A stretch of 64,000 bases of DNA from Thiotrichaceae bacterium UBA973 (GCA_002292815.1 DBBX01000018.1:61209-125208); one strand, 5' to 3'; shown: positions 38,048 through 52,808, counted from the stretch's first letter. The notes: generated from the sequence alone by a model not told the origin. A program made the numbers and translations.

Positions 38048-38821
38048 ATGTCCAGAATCATTGCAATTGCAAATCAAAAAGGCGGGGTTGGTAAAACGAC
38101 CACGGGCGTGAATCTTGCCGCATCATTGGCTGCTGCCAAACGAAAGGTGTTATTAGTTGATTTAGATCCGCAAGGCAATGCCACCATGGGCAGTGGAATC
38201 AATAAGCAAGAACTGGAAATCTCCAGTTACGATTTATTAATGAATGATAAAACGGCAGAAGAAGTCATCGTCGAATCTCCTGAAGGCCAATATGACTTAA
38301 TCCCCACGAATTCTGATCTGACAGGTGCTGAAGTGGCATTGTTGGATGAGATGGCAAGGGAAATCAGATTACGCAATGCACTGCAACCGATTCAAGAAGA
38401 TTATGATTTTATTTTTATAGACTGCCCGCCATCATTGAATATGTTGACGGTCAATGCCTTGGTTGCTGCAAACTCAATTATGATTCCAATGCAATGTGAA
38501 TACTATGCGCTTGAAGGATTAACGGCCTTACTTGAGACTATCGAAAAGATTAAAAAATACTTAAATCCTGAACTAAAGATTGAAGGCTTGTTACGGACCA
38601 TGTATGACCCGCGTAACAATCTTGCGACACAAGTATCTGCACAGTTATTGGAACATTTTGGAGAGCAGGTCTATCGCACCATTATCCCGCGTAATGTTCG
38701 ATTAGCTGAAGCCCCGAGCCACGGCCTTGCCGCGCTTACTTATGATAAGTCATCTAGCGGTGCAGTTGCCTATCTTGCATTGGCTGGTGAAATGTTAAGA
38801 CGTGATGGCTTAGCGGCATGA
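38048..38821 (+). CDS. parA: chromosome partitioning ATPase ParA/Soj
   Basis: Deviant Walker A KGGVGKTT; 257 aa. Confidence 0.95.
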   Translation: MSRIIAIANQKGGVGKTTTGVNLAASLAAAKRKVLLVDLDPQGNATMGSGINKQELEISSYDLLMNDKTAEEVIVESPEGQYDLIPTNSDLTGAEVALLDEMAREIRLRNALQPIQEDYDFIFIDCPPSLNMLTVNALVAANSIMIPMQCEYYALEGLTALLETIEKIKKYLNPELKIEGLLRTMYDPRNNLATQVSAQLLEHFGEQVYRTIIPRNVRLAEAPSHGLAALTYDKSSSGAVAYLALAGEMLRRDGLAA

Positions 38822-38860
38822 ACATATCACCTCGTTATAACGAATTAAGGAATTAGTAAA

Positions 38861-39724
38861 TTGGTAAAGAGACGCGGTTTGGGCAAAGGTCTGGATGCAT
38901 TACTCGGCAATCCTGTTAGTAGAGCCTCTGAAGACAGTAATAATGATTCCTTAAAAACATTAGCCGTTGATCTATTACAACGTGGGCAATACCAGCCAAG
39001 AAAAGATTTTAATAAAGAATCTTTACAAGAGCTAGCAAACTCAATCAGTGCACAAGGTATCGTGCAACCAATAGTTGTACGTGCCTTACCACGTTCGAAA
39101 AAATTTGAAATCATTGCTGGTGAACGTCGTTGGCGTGCAGCACAACTAGCCGGCTTACAAGATGTGCCTGTTGTGATTAAGGATGTACCGGATAAAACGG
39201 TTATGTGTATTGCCTTGATAGAAAATATACAGCGCGAGGATTTAAACCCTTTAGAAGAAGCGCAAGCTTTAGCACGATTGATTGAAGAGTTTGACATGAC
39301 GCACGATACGATTGCCGAGGCAGTGGGTCGATCACGTTCGGGAGTGACAAACTTGTTACGTTTGTTGGAGCTCAATATCAAGGTTAAACAAATGGTCGAA
39401 TCGCGTCAGCTAGACATGGGGCATGCTCGTGCGTTATTGGCATTACCATTAAATAAACAGATGGGTGCTGCAGAGACAATAATAAAACAGGATTTATCGG
39501 TCAGGGCTACAGAAAAACTGGTCCAACAATTGTCGAGTGAGAGTAAGCAAGGAAAGGCAAAGCCAACCTCTAAAGATCCGAATATACAAAGCCTCGAAAA
39601 CAATTTATCCGAAAAGGTGGGTGCAAAAGTAACTATCAAGCAACACACCAAGGGTAAAGGTGTATTGCAAATAAATTACCATTCGCTAGATGAACTGGAT
39701 GGTATTATTAACCATATCAAGTAA
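38861..39724 (+). CDS. parB: chromosome partitioning protein ParB/Spo0J
   Basis: ParB box GERRWRAA, HTH region, 287 aa. Confidence 0.95.
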   Translation: MVKRRGLGKGLDALLGNPVSRASEDSNNDSLKTLAVDLLQRGQYQPRKDFNKESLQELANSISAQGIVQPIVVRALPRSKKFEIIAGERRWRAAQLAGLQDVPVVIKDVPDKTVMCIALIENIQREDLNPLEEAQALARLIEEFDMTHDTIAEAVGRSRSGVTNLLRLLELNIKVKQMVESRQLDMGHARALLALPLNKQMGAAETIIKQDLSVRATEKLVQQLSSESKQGKAKPTSKDPNIQSLENNLSEKVGAKVTIKQHTKGKGVLQINYHSLDELDGIINHIK

Positions 39725-40584
39725 TCAGGAATATTTAATTCCCAAGCTGCTTTACTGTCATGTAACTCAAGAAATCCGAGTAATATTTTTGATGTCTCCT
39801 CGGTTTCAACAGATTGGTCGTAATTTTTTTTCATCTATCAGATACCCACCGAGAGTATCAAAATCAATGGCGGGACTAAACAGGAAGCCCTGCAAACTAT
39901 CACATTCAAGTTCATTTAATATCAGTGGGCCAAACTGCTTGAGTGTAGTATGTGGGATATGACGATCCAGTGAAATTATAAGGTTAGCTTTTGACAGACT
40001 TCATAGCCATCCATCTCGGGCATTTTAATATTCAGCAGAATTAAATCCGGAGGTGTGTTTATGGCTGACTCAAGCCCCGATACTGAAGAGCCCGCAACAC
40101 GTACCCGCTAGCCATAATTACTCAATAATTCATGTAATAGCTTTAGATTCGATGGATTATCATCAATTATTAAGATTGTTTGCTGCGAATTGGTATCCAT
40201 CTGATTATTTTTTTTATCTGAACATCCAATTAAATTCGTTTCATTGGCCTGTGGATTGTTGTTATAGCGGTTAAAAATCACTCAGAAATTAGCATTATTC
40301 TTGGCGCTAAGCTTTGATGAGGAGGATTATACATGGCTATATTGTTTTACTTTGACTGGGTTTCATCATTCAACAAGGATTATTGTTGATGTCATTTTTT
40401 GCTTAAAACCGGGCATTGAACCCGCTATTTTAGAGAATGTTGCAGCGCAACGATTGATCATTTCCTAACAGGTCTTTATACTTGCCGTCCCCGAACAGTG
40501 AGGGGATGTAAAAAACATCGATATTTTACTGGCGCTATAGAATTTAGCCGATAGAATGTATCGCGATTTTTTGGAGTTGGGCGA

Positions 40585-40974
40585 TTGGCAGGATCAGAAG
40601 AAATAATAAAAAATCGCTCAATTGCATACAGGATGTTAATTTTTGAAGCCGGCACGATAGCATTGTGTGGACTTCTTTTTTTTGCGTTTACCAATCTTGA
40701 ATATGTTTATTCTGTGACTTTGGGTGGTTTGGCCTTTGTCGTGCCAAACGTATTATTTGTCGGGTTTTCATTGCGAACATCCACGACAGATTCAGGTAAC
40801 AGGACATTAGTCTGGTTTTTTCTAGGCGAAGTAATAAAGATTGTTACAACGATAATGATATTTGCTATTTCAATAATACTGGTTGAACCACTAAATATTG
40901 GAATGATGTTCGTTAGTTATGGATTCGTATTAATGATGAATCTAACGGGCCTAGCAATAATGATGAAACAATAA
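40585..40974 (+). CDS. atpI: ATP synthase protein I
   Basis: 129-aa hydrophobic 4-TM protein immediately upstream of atpB. Confidence 0.7.
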   Translation: MAGSEEIIKNRSIAYRMLIFEAGTIALCGLLFFAFTNLEYVYSVTLGGLAFVVPNVLFVGFSLRTSTTDSGNRTLVWFFLGEVIKIVTTIMIFAISIILVEPLNIGMMFVSYGFVLMMNLTGLAIMMKQ

Positions 40975-40981
40975 TAAATAA

Positions 40982-41896
<915 letters not shown>

Positions 41897-41912
41897 TTTT
41901 TTAATTTTGTAA

Positions 41913-42197
<285 letters not shown>

Positions 42198-42245
42198 TAA
42201 ATCATACAACGGCTTTAATAGTCATCCGACATATAGGTGATTTAA

Positions 42246-42716
42246 GTGAATTTTAATGCAACCTTAATAGGTCAGCTTGTAACTTTTGCTATCTTCGTTT
42301 GGTTTACGATGAAGTTTGTTTGGCCAATGCTGCTAAAACAAATGGAAGAGCGTGAAACACGTATCGCTGATGGTCTTGCTGCTGCAGAACAGGGTCAAAA
42401 AGACTTTGCTGAAGCACAAGAGAAATCATCTGCGGAGATAAACAAAGGTAAAGAGCAGGCAGCAACTATTATCGCGCAGGCACAAAAGCGCCACGATGAA
42501 ATAGTTGATGAAGCGAAAGATGACGCGAAAGCTGAATCAGATCGCATCAAGGAAAATGCACTGAGCGAGATCGAGCAAGAAAAAGAAAAAGCCAGGCAGG
42601 AACTGAGAAATCAGGTTGCCGCCTTGGCTATCGCTGGTGCGGAACAAATCCTGATGAAAGAAGTTGATCAAGCGGCACACAATGAAGTGCTAGCAAAGAT
42701 CAGTCAGCAGTTATAA
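42246..42716 (+). CDS. atpF: F0F1 ATP synthase subunit b
   Basis: N-terminal TM helix plus a long charged helix; 156 aa; GTG start. Confidence 0.9.
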   Translation: MNFNATLIGQLVTFAIFVWFTMKFVWPMLLKQMEERETRIADGLAAAEQGQKDFAEAQEKSSAEINKGKEQAATIIAQAQKRHDEIVDEAKDDAKAESDRIKENALSEIEQEKEKARQELRNQVAALAIAGAEQILMKEVDQAAHNEVLAKISQQL

Positions 42717-42733
42717 GCGACAGGAATTAATAG

Positions 42734-43270
42734 ATGTTAGAAAAAGCAACCATTGCCCGACCTTATGCGAATGCGGCCTTCGATCAAGCGATTGAAGAAG
42801 GTAAGCTTGGTGAATGGTCAAGCATGCTTAATCTGCTTAGTATCATCGTTTCTGATGAGAATATGCGTGGCGTTATCAATAACCCAAAATTGAGTAGTGA
42901 ACAGCTTCATCAGTTCATCGCTGATATTTGTGGTGATAAGCTCAGTAAGACAGCTAATAACTTTACCAAGGTTTTAGTTGATGCTGAACGTATTGGTCTG
43001 GCTGCTGAAATTTTTGATCTGTTTGAACAGAAACGTGCTGCTGTAGAAGGTATTAGCGAGGTTGATGTGATTTCGGCTTATGCCTTAGATGATGCTCAGA
43101 TAAATGCAATTTCTGAATCAATTTCGAAAAGACTCAGCAAGAAAATCGATATCAATACAAAAGAAGATATTGATTTGATTGGTGGTGTGATAATTCGAGT
43201 GGGTGATTCTGTGGTTGATGCGTCTCTTCGCGGTCGTTTAAAAGAATTAAATAGTGTATTTGCGCAATAG
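42734..43270 (+). CDS. atpH: F0F1 ATP synthase subunit delta
   Basis: 178 aa, OSCP/delta family, conserved C-terminus IGGVIIRVGDSVVDASLRGRL. Confidence 0.9.
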   Translation: MLEKATIARPYANAAFDQAIEEGKLGEWSSMLNLLSIIVSDENMRGVINNPKLSSEQLHQFIADICGDKLSKTANNFTKVLVDAERIGLAAEIFDLFEQKRAAVEGISEVDVISAYALDDAQINAISESISKRLSKKIDINTKEDIDLIGGVIIRVGDSVVDASLRGRLKELNSVFAQ

Positions 43271-43292
43271 TTATTAAATAGAGGAAAGACAT

Positions 43293-44834
43293 ATGTCTAT
43301 CAGTGCAACTGAAATTAGTGATCTGATTAAAAAGAAAATCCAGTCAATGGATCTTGATACCGAAGCACGTACCGAAGGTACGGTAGTTAGTCTTGCTGAT
43401 GGTGTTGCCAGAATTCATGGCTTAAGTGATGTGATGCAGGGGGAGATGATTGAATTCCCGGGCAACACATATGGTTTAGCACTTAATCTGGAACGAGATT
43501 CTGTGGGTGCCGTTATTCTAGGTAGTTACGAGAACATCTCTGAAGGTGATGTTGTTAAATGTACTAAGCGTATTCTTGAAGTCCCTGTTGGTGAAGCCTT
43601 GTTGGGTCGCGTCGTCGACGCATTAGGTAATCCGATTGATGGTAAAGGTGACATCAACACAACAGAAAGTGCGCCAATTGAAAAGATTGCTCCTGGTGTA
43701 ATTGCAAGAAAGTCTGTTGACGAGCCTGTACAAACAGGATTGAAATCAATTGATGCGATGGTGCCGGTTGGACGAGGTCAACGCGAGTTAATCATTGGTG
43801 ACCGCCAAACAGGTAAAACGGCTGTTGCAATCGATGCCATCATTAATCAAAAAGGCACCGGTGTTAAATGTATCTATGTTGCTATCGGTCAAAAAGCATC
43901 TTCAATCAACGTTGTTATACGTAAGCTTGAAGAACATGGCGCAATGGAACATACCATTGTTGTTGCTGCTACCGCTTCTGAATCTGCAGCGATGCAGTAT
44001 GCTGCGCCTTATTCAGGTTGTTCCATGGGCGAATACTTCCGTGATAAGGGTGAAGATGCACTAATTATTTATGATGATTTGACCAAGCAAGCTTGGGCTT
44101 ATCGCCAGATGTCATTGTTATTAAAACGTCCGCCAGGCCGTGAAGCTTATCCTGGAGACGTATTCTATCTTCACTCCCGTTTATTAGAGCGTGCTTCACG
44201 TATTAATGCGGATTATGTTGAGAAGCTGACTGACGGAAAAGTAAAAGGTAAGACGGGTTCATTGACCGCTTTGCCCATTATTGAAACGCAAGCGGGTGAC
44301 GTATCAGCATTCGTACCAACAAACGTAATTTCGATTACCGACGGTCAAATCTTTCTAGAATCTGATTTGTTTAACTCTGGTTTCCGCCCAGCTATTAATG
44401 CGGGTTTGTCAGTGTCACGAGTAGGTGGTGCGGCACAAACCAAGATTATTAAGAAGTTGGGTGGTGGTATTCGTTTGGCCTTAGCGCAGTATCGTGAATT
44501 GGCGGCCTTTGCACAGTTTGCTTCTGACCTTGATGAAGCCACTCGCAAGCAGCTTGAGCGTGGTACACGTGTAATGGAATTGATGAAACAGAAACAATAT
44601 TCTCCACTCAATGTTGCGGAAATGGGCGTCAGTCTGTACGCAGTTGAGAATGATTTTATGGATGATGTCGCACTGGAAAAAATCGGTGCTTTCGAAGAAG
44701 CAATGCATGATTATATGAGAAGTGAACAGTCTGCCTTGATGGATAAGATTGGTGCTGAGGGTAATTATAACGATGATATCGAAAGTGGCTTGAAAGATGC
44801 TATCGCAAAATTCAAAGAAAACGGTACTTGGTAA
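43293..44834 (+). CDS. atpA: F0F1 ATP synthase subunit alpha
   Basis: 513 aa, Walker A GDRQTGKT. Confidence 0.98.
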   Translation: MSISATEISDLIKKKIQSMDLDTEARTEGTVVSLADGVARIHGLSDVMQGEMIEFPGNTYGLALNLERDSVGAVILGSYENISEGDVVKCTKRILEVPVGEALLGRVVDALGNPIDGKGDINTTESAPIEKIAPGVIARKSVDEPVQTGLKSIDAMVPVGRGQRELIIGDRQTGKTAVAIDAIINQKGTGVKCIYVAIGQKASSINVVIRKLEEHGAMEHTIVVAATASESAAMQYAAPYSGCSMGEYFRDKGEDALIIYDDLTKQAWAYRQMSLLLKRPPGREAYPGDVFYLHSRLLERASRINADYVEKLTDGKVKGKTGSLTALPIIETQAGDVSAFVPTNVISITDGQIFLESDLFNSGFRPAINAGLSVSRVGGAAQTKIIKKLGGGIRLALAQYRELAAFAQFASDLDEATRKQLERGTRVMELMKQKQYSPLNVAEMGVSLYAVENDFMDDVALEKIGAFEEAMHDYMRSEQSALMDKIGAEGNYNDDIESGLKDAIAKFKENGTW

Positions 44835-47158
<2,324 letters not shown>

Positions 47159-47172
47159 TAGGTATTAGAGCT

Positions 47173-47598
47173 ATGACAGACACAATTCATGTCGATATCG
47201 TAAGCGCTGAACACGCAATATTTTCGGGTAGTGCCGAAATGGTATTTGCTCCTGCAGACTTGGGAGAAGTCGGTATTGCCCCTGGACACGCACCATTTGT
47301 GACAAAGCTGGGCCCTGGTGAAGTACGTGTTAGAGATGCTGAAGGCAAAGAATCAGCATTCTATGTTTCTGGTGGTATGCTTGAGGTTCAGCCCAAAGTA
47401 GTGACTGTCTTGACTGATACGGCGCAACGTGCAGAAGATCTGGATGAAGCCGCTATTCTCAAGGCGAAAGAAGAAGCTGAAAATGCATTTCATGATAAAA
47501 GTGATGCAATTGATTATGCCAAGGCAAGAGCATCATTGGCTGAAACAGCAGCACAATTACAAACAATTCAGCGTTTGCGCAAACGCGCAGGCCGTTAA
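47173..47598 (+). CDS. atpC: F0F1 ATP synthase subunit epsilon
   Basis: 141 aa, conserved N-terminus (HVDIVSAEHAIFSG). Confidence 0.95.
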   Translation: MTDTIHVDIVSAEHAIFSGSAEMVFAPADLGEVGIAPGHAPFVTKLGPGEVRVRDAEGKESAFYVSGGMLEVQPKVVTVLTDTAQRAEDLDEAAILKAKEEAENAFHDKSDAIDYAKARASLAETAAQLQTIQRLRKRAGR

Positions 47599-47611
47599 TC
47601 CTATCGAATAT

Positions 47612-47634
47612 AGCGTGGTAATTCTTTACCACGC
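47612..47634 (+). terminator. hairpin after atpC (weak or atypical terminator, no U-run)
   Basis: 10-bp stem agcgtggtaa/ttaccacgct with a 3-4 nt loop. Confidence 0.3.
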
Positions 47635-47719
47635 TAAATCAAACCTATATCCCGATCGTCAGCACGGATATAATCTTAAAAGAATTAAATTCATCTATAT
47701 GTACTGAGGAAAACGACAC

Positions 47720-49081
47720 ATGGGTCTTTGTATCGTAATTTTAGCTGCTGGGCAGGGTACGCGGATGTATTCCGATAAACCTAAGGTCTTGCATACGCTT
47801 GCAGGCAAATCATTACTAGAACATGTATACCAAACAGCTATGGGTTTATCTCATCGAGATATCTATATTGTTTATGGCCATGGTGGCGATCAGGTGCCTA
47901 ATGCCTTGCAGGATTTTCAAGTAAATTGGGTTGAGCAGGAAGAACAATTAGGCACAGGTCATGCTGTGCAACAAGTTTTACCTGATATCCCGGATGTTGA
48001 TAATGTTTTAATTCTCTATGGTGACGTGCCACTGATTACGGAAGAAAGTCTTAAGACACTGGTTGATGCTGCATCTGACACCGGCTTTTCCCTGCTAACT
48101 ACACATATTGAAGACCCCCATGGTTACGGTCGCATCATCCGTGATGAAGATAGTAATATCGTCGCTATCGTTGAAGAAAAGGATGCGACAGAAGAGCAAA
48201 AAAAGATTTTCGAAATTAATACTGGCTTCATGGTTGTTAAGGCCGATGTATTAAAGCGTTGGGTAAACGCTCTCGGTAATGATAATAAACAGAATGAATA
48301 TTATCTAACCGATATTGTTGCTAAGGCAGTAGCAGATAATGTAAATATTGCGCCTGTGTTAGCTGAGTCGAATATAGAAGTAAAAGGTATTAATAACCGA
48401 TCTCAGCTTGCAGAAGCAGAGCGATATTTTCAACTGGTACAAGCTCACCATCTTATGCATAGAGGTGTAGGCTTGTCTGATCCTGCGCGCTTCGATTTGC
48501 GTGGTGAACTTGAAATCGGGCGTGATAATGAAGTTGATATCAATGTCGTTATCGAAGGTAGGGTCAAACTTGGCAACAACGTTACTATTGGTGCCAACTG
48601 TTATATAAAAGACACGATTATTGCTGACAACGTTAATGTTCACCCTAATACGATGATCGATAATGCGGTCATTGGTAATGGTTGCAGTATTGGACCATTC
48701 GCCAGAATTCGTCCTGATACAACATTGGATGAAGATGTTCATATTGGTAACTTTGTTGAACTCAAAAAAACAGATATTGGTAAGGGTAGTAAAGTTAATC
48801 ACTTGACCTATATGGGTGATAGCCACGTTGGTACTGAAACCAATATTGGCGCTGGGACAATTACCTGTAATTATGATGGTGCTAATAAGCATCAAACGAT
48901 TATCGGAGATAAGGTCTTTGTCGGTTCAGACGTTCAGTTGATTGCACCCGTTAAGGTACATGATGGTGCGACCATTGCTGCCGGTACGACAATAACAAAA
49001 GATGTCGGAGAGAATGAATTAGCGATCAGCCGTACGGATCAAAAATCGATTCCAAAATGGAAGAGACCCACTAAAATTTAA
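47720..49081 (+). CDS. glmU: bifunctional UDP-N-acetylglucosamine pyrophosphorylase / glucosamine-1-phosphate N-acetyltransferase
   Basis: N-terminal LAAGQGTRM nucleotidyltransferase motif plus C-terminal hexapeptide-repeat acetyltransferase domain; 453 aa. Confidence 0.95.
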   Translation: MGLCIVILAAGQGTRMYSDKPKVLHTLAGKSLLEHVYQTAMGLSHRDIYIVYGHGGDQVPNALQDFQVNWVEQEEQLGTGHAVQQVLPDIPDVDNVLILYGDVPLITEESLKTLVDAASDTGFSLLTTHIEDPHGYGRIIRDEDSNIVAIVEEKDATEEQKKIFEINTGFMVVKADVLKRWVNALGNDNKQNEYYLTDIVAKAVADNVNIAPVLAESNIEVKGINNRSQLAEAERYFQLVQAHHLMHRGVGLSDPARFDLRGELEIGRDNEVDINVVIEGRVKLGNNVTIGANCYIKDTIIADNVNVHPNTMIDNAVIGNGCSIGPFARIRPDTTLDEDVHIGNFVELKKTDIGKGSKVNHLTYMGDSHVGTETNIGAGTITCNYDGANKHQTIIGDKVFVGSDVQLIAPVKVHDGATIAAGTTITKDVGENELAISRTDQKSIPKWKRPTKI

Positions 49082-49090
49082 TGCAGAATT

Positions 49091-49891
49091 ATGAAAGTCG
49101 GTTTTTATCAATTTAGACCATTGTTTGGTAATCCTGAACAAAATTGCAAAAAAATAATTACTGCATTAAAAAATGTTGATGCGGATTTGATAGTACTGCC
49201 AGAATTAGCCTTAACAGGCTATTACTTTAAGGATAAAGCAGAATCAATAAAGTACGCTGAAGACCCTGAGAATAGCGAACGGATTGATTCATTAATCAAC
49301 CTTGCAAACAAATGCAATATGCATATGGTTATTGGTTTTGCTGAGAAGCGCGGGGAGCAATGTTTTAACAGTGCCGCCTTGATTGGTCCTAGTGGTATTG
49401 AGCATATTTATCGGAAAGCACATCTTTTTAATGAAGAGAAGTTTTGTTTTGACCCTGGTGATACACCTTTCATCGTCAATGATATAAATGGTGTAAAAAT
49501 TGGGATGATGATTTGTTTTGATTGGGTATTTCCTGAAGTTGCGCGGGTATTGGCATTGCAGGGAGCGCAAATTATCTGTCAACCATCAAATTTAGTGTTA
49601 ACTTTTTGTCAACAAACAATGCTTGCACGGTGCATAGAAAATAAGGTGTTTGCTATTACTGCTAATCGTTACGGTGTTGATAAGAGGCCTCAAGGAAGCT
49701 TAAAGTTTACTGGAAAGAGTCAAGTCGTTGCGCCAGCTGGTAATTTATTACACCGTGCTGTTTCACAACGCGATGCCCTGTTTATCACCGAGATAGATCC
49801 TGAAGAAGCAAATAATAAAATGATTACTCAGTACAATGATGTGCTGATGGATCGTCGTCCAGAATTATATACATTACTTTACAATAAATAA
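49091..49891 (+). CDS. carbon-nitrogen hydrolase (nitrilase superfamily) family protein
   Basis: Catalytic triad context: E in LPELALTGY, K in YRKAHLF, C in ICFDWVFPE. Confidence 0.8.
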   Translation: MKVGFYQFRPLFGNPEQNCKKIITALKNVDADLIVLPELALTGYYFKDKAESIKYAEDPENSERIDSLINLANKCNMHMVIGFAEKRGEQCFNSAALIGPSGIEHIYRKAHLFNEEKFCFDPGDTPFIVNDINGVKIGMMICFDWVFPEVARVLALQGAQIICQPSNLVLTFCQQTMLARCIENKVFAITANRYGVDKRPQGSLKFTGKSQVVAPAGNLLHRAVSQRDALFITEIDPEEANNKMITQYNDVLMDRRPELYTLLYNK

Positions 49892-49903
49892 CAGGAAACA
49901 AAT

Positions 49904-50383
49904 ATGAGCTTTGCTACAGCTGACCTTTATGATGAATATGAAGAAGACCTGCAAATCGCGACACCAATGTTTAATGATTATGGCGGTATTAAGCAATTTT
50001 CTGGGCCAGCATCGACGTTAAAAGTGTTTGAAGATAATTCATTAGTCAGAGCCGCATTAGAAGAACCTGGACAAGGTAAAGTGCTGGTTGTAGAAGGCGG
50101 TGCTTCTTTACGTTGTGCGTTGCTAGGAGATATGTTGGCGGAATTAGGCGTCAAACATGGTTGGGCTGGTGTTATTGTCCATGGTTGTATTCGTGACTCG
50201 GTAGTGATTGGTAAGATGAATATTGGTGTAAAAGCGCTAAATACCAATCCACGGAAGAGCGTAAAGAAAGGTGTCGGTGATCGTGATGTTACGGTTACTT
50301 TTGCTGATGTGACGATTAATCCGGGGGATTATATATATGCCGATGAAGATGGATTTGTCGTCGCAAAATGCAAACTGAAGTAG
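49904..50383 (+). CDS. rraA: RraA-family protein (ribonuclease E activity regulator / HMG-CHA aldolase-like)
   Basis: 159 aa; TADLYDEY..., GDMLAELGV..., GCIRD motifs. Confidence 0.8.
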   Translation: MSFATADLYDEYEEDLQIATPMFNDYGGIKQFSGPASTLKVFEDNSLVRAALEEPGQGKVLVVEGGASLRCALLGDMLAELGVKHGWAGVIVHGCIRDSVVIGKMNIGVKALNTNPRKSVKKGVGDRDVTVTFADVTINPGDYIYADEDGFVVAKCKLK

Positions 50384-50409
50384 TGAATCTATATGCAGAG
50401 GGTTATGCA

Positions 50410-51099
50410 ATGAGAAAATTCAAGGTCGTTATAATAAGTTTTTTGTTATCTGTTTTTAGTTTTTCAAGCTATGCGCATGATAATGAGCCTCTTTTTAATC
50501 AGGTGAATTTACAAGCCCAGGCTGAACGCGAGATACCTAATGATCAGTTAACTGTCTTGCTTGCCTTAGAAGAAGAAGGTAAGGAAGCGGCAAAGATTGC
50601 CAATAAGATAAATCAAGACATGGATTGGGCATTAAAGATTGTTGGTAAAAAAAGTGAAGTTAACTCAAGCACCCAGGCCTATAACACGTATCCTATCTAT
50701 GACAAGCGTACTGTGATCGGATGGCGGGCCATTCAGAAATTAGAACTTAAGAGCACAAATATTACTGAATTATCAGAGTTGGTAGGTAAATTACAAAGCC
50801 GATTACAAGTAAAAAACATGCGTTTTAGCCCAACTCGAGAAACACGAGTGCAACATGAGAATGAATTGATAGAAGAGGCTATGATGGCGTTTAAGCAACG
50901 AGTCGATATTATAAAAAAACATATGGATGATAAAAATGTCCGCATTGTTAATATGCATGTGAATACAGGTGCAGGGCATAATCGATCGATCTATGCTGAA
51001 AGTCGGGTGATGGCAATGGATAGTAAAAGTGCGCCTGCAGTAGAAGCGGGCAAAAGCCAGATAACAGTGACTGTTTCTGGTTCAGTGCAATTTTTCTAA
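50410..51099 (+). CDS. SIMPL-domain (DUF541, YggE-like) periplasmic protein
   Basis: Signal peptide MRKFKVVIISFLLSVFSFSSYA, then SIMPL-like architecture; start moved to 50410. Confidence 0.75.
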   Translation: MRKFKVVIISFLLSVFSFSSYAHDNEPLFNQVNLQAQAEREIPNDQLTVLLALEEEGKEAAKIANKINQDMDWALKIVGKKSEVNSSTQAYNTYPIYDKRTVIGWRAIQKLELKSTNITELSELVGKLQSRLQVKNMRFSPTRETRVQHENELIEEAMMAFKQRVDIIKKHMDDKNVRIVNMHVNTGAGHNRSIYAESRVMAMDSKSAPAVEAGKSQITVTVSGSVQFF

Positions 51100-51132
51100 A
51101 TGATCATGAGTTTTTATTCGGCTGATATCTAA

Positions 51133-51825
51133 ATGGATAAAATAGAACAGCGTGAAAAGCGCTCAAATATAATTATTATGTTTGTGGGTGTTGCTCTGGT
51201 CATCGGTTTGTTGTTGATTAATCGTGAGGGCCTTACCTGGTTTTCCTCTGTTCGCTGGTCAGAAGTTTCAATTATTAGCTGGATTTTGATCAGTTCTATT
51301 CTTGCTGCTGCATTGGTATTCCAATATTTTTTTCTTATGTTGCTACGTCATAGTGTTATCAAATATTTGATACTTTGGTTTATACCCATTATTTGGCTGT
51401 TTAATAATGGCATTGTTGCGCTACATAGATTTTTTGATTGGACCACAGATATTGTTGCTCCTGCGGGATGGGTGCCTCTGGGTGATCTATTAGGATGGTT
51501 ATTAACTGCCGTATATTCCCCGCTACTTTTGGCCAGTGGTGTTGTTGTTGCTACGATCGATTCAAGTAGCGCAATGTTGAGCCAGAATTGTTATTACGCC
51601 GGAATTGCTATGGATGTTGCCAATATCTCACCGTGGAATATTGTTTCTTATAGCCTGAATTATCTCAGCGTGTTGTGGGACCTACTATCAAACTCCTTTG
51701 TCCAGGAAATTGCATCGTTGCAGACTGATAATCGACAATTTCTGGAGTTTAACTTGTCCAATACACTGAGCTTACCCTATTGGGTTTTAAATATTGGCTA
51801 TAGCTTTACATGCATCATGGTTTAG
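51133..51825 (+). CDS. hypothetical polytopic membrane protein
   Basis: 230 aa, about 5 predicted TM helices, Trp/Leu-rich; lies in a low-GC islet. Confidence 0.5.
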   Translation: MDKIEQREKRSNIIIMFVGVALVIGLLLINREGLTWFSSVRWSEVSIISWILISSILAAALVFQYFFLMLLRHSVIKYLILWFIPIIWLFNNGIVALHRFFDWTTDIVAPAGWVPLGDLLGWLLTAVYSPLLLASGVVVATIDSSSAMLSQNCYYAGIAMDVANISPWNIVSYSLNYLSVLWDLLSNSFVQEIASLQTDNRQFLEFNLSNTLSLPYWVLNIGYSFTCIMV

Positions 51826-51903
51826 CTCGTAGGAAGTGTCTTACCATCATATGGTAAGGGCAATAATTATATTTTGAGTAGTTACGTAATAATAACTAGC
51901 ATT

Positions 51904-52791
51904 TCAATATTTGATCGACATCAAACCTTTCATCTTTTTGTTTGTATTCACAAGTGCTGTCAAATCATCACTAGTAATAGCAAGAATGTTTTCGTACTTT
52001 TTTTCTAGGTTTAGAGGGGTTAGCTTGGGGTTTTCGCGGCCACGTGTTATTCCATAAAAACTATACTCTTTACCGAATAAGTCCTGCATTTTTTGATTTT
52101 TTAATTCTTCTCGAGTGGGCTCATTAAGCTCGAATATTATTGCAGGCTTGAAATTACTTATAACATTCTCTAGTCCGGTTAAAACCTTTTTTTCATATCC
52201 TTCGACATCAATTTTAATAGCTGATGGTTGAATACTATGTTCTTCAAAAATGTCGTCACCTTTTTTTATAGGTAGAATTACTAAAGATGTATTTTCGTTA
52301 CTATCATTAATTATAAAACTTCCCGTTCCATGATTATGGTTTTGCGGTATTTTATAGGGCAATTCGGTAGATTTATCGGAAAGGCCAACATCGAAGATGT
52401 TAATGTGTTTAATCTCGTTAATTGCCAAATTATGCTCAGCTTTATTTCTAACAAATTCCCATGGTTCAAACCCATAGCCAGCATCAATAATGTCAGCTAG
52501 AGCTATAAGGTGCATACCAACATTAGTTCCTATGTCAACGTATGTAGAATGTTGTCCAGTTTCTTTTTTACTTTGCAAAATTAATCTTAGTAATTGAACT
52601 GTGGCTGGTTCATACATGCCATAAATGTAAATTCTGTCGTCTATATAATTTCCTGTTTGTCCTTCATAACTTTGTCCAAATATGTTTATTTGAAAATTAT
52701 TTTCAGACGTCAATTTAATACGTTTCCCGACTTTCCTTCGTAGTGTTCTAGGTATTCGAGAATTCCTAGTAAAATTAAGACAAATGTTCAC
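51904..52791 (-). CDS. FkbM-family methyltransferase
   Basis: YVDIGTNVGMHLIALA motif characteristic of the FkbM domain; GTG start; about 33% GC. Confidence 0.7.
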   Translation of the reverse strand: MNICLNFTRNSRIPRTLRRKVGKRIKLTSENNFQINIFGQSYEGQTGNYIDDRIYIYGMYEPATVQLLRLILQSKKETGQHSTYVDIGTNVGMHLIALADIIDAGYGFEPWEFVRNKAEHNLAINEIKHINIFDVGLSDKSTELPYKIPQNHNHGTGSFIINDSNENTSLVILPIKKGDDIFEEHSIQPSAIKIDVEGYEKKVLTGLENVISNFKPAIIFELNEPTREELKNQKMQDLFGKEYSFYGITRGRENPKLTPLNLEKKYENILAITSDDLTALVNTNKKMKGLMSIKY

Positions 52792-52808
52792 AGATTAATT
52801 ATTTTTTA

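Noticed and set aside
39725-40584. Possibility that the parB-atpI spacer is oriC
   Set aside because: No cluster of TTATCCACA DnaA boxes and no AT-rich 13-mer repeats recognisable; in Pseudomonas-like genomes oriC sits between rpmH and dnaA, not here.
39690-40694. Short ORFs 39690-39962(+), 40053-40274(+), 40476-40694(-) in the parB-atpI spacer
   Set aside because: No RBS, odd amino-acid composition, one overlaps the atpI start; more likely non-coding promoter or leader sequence.
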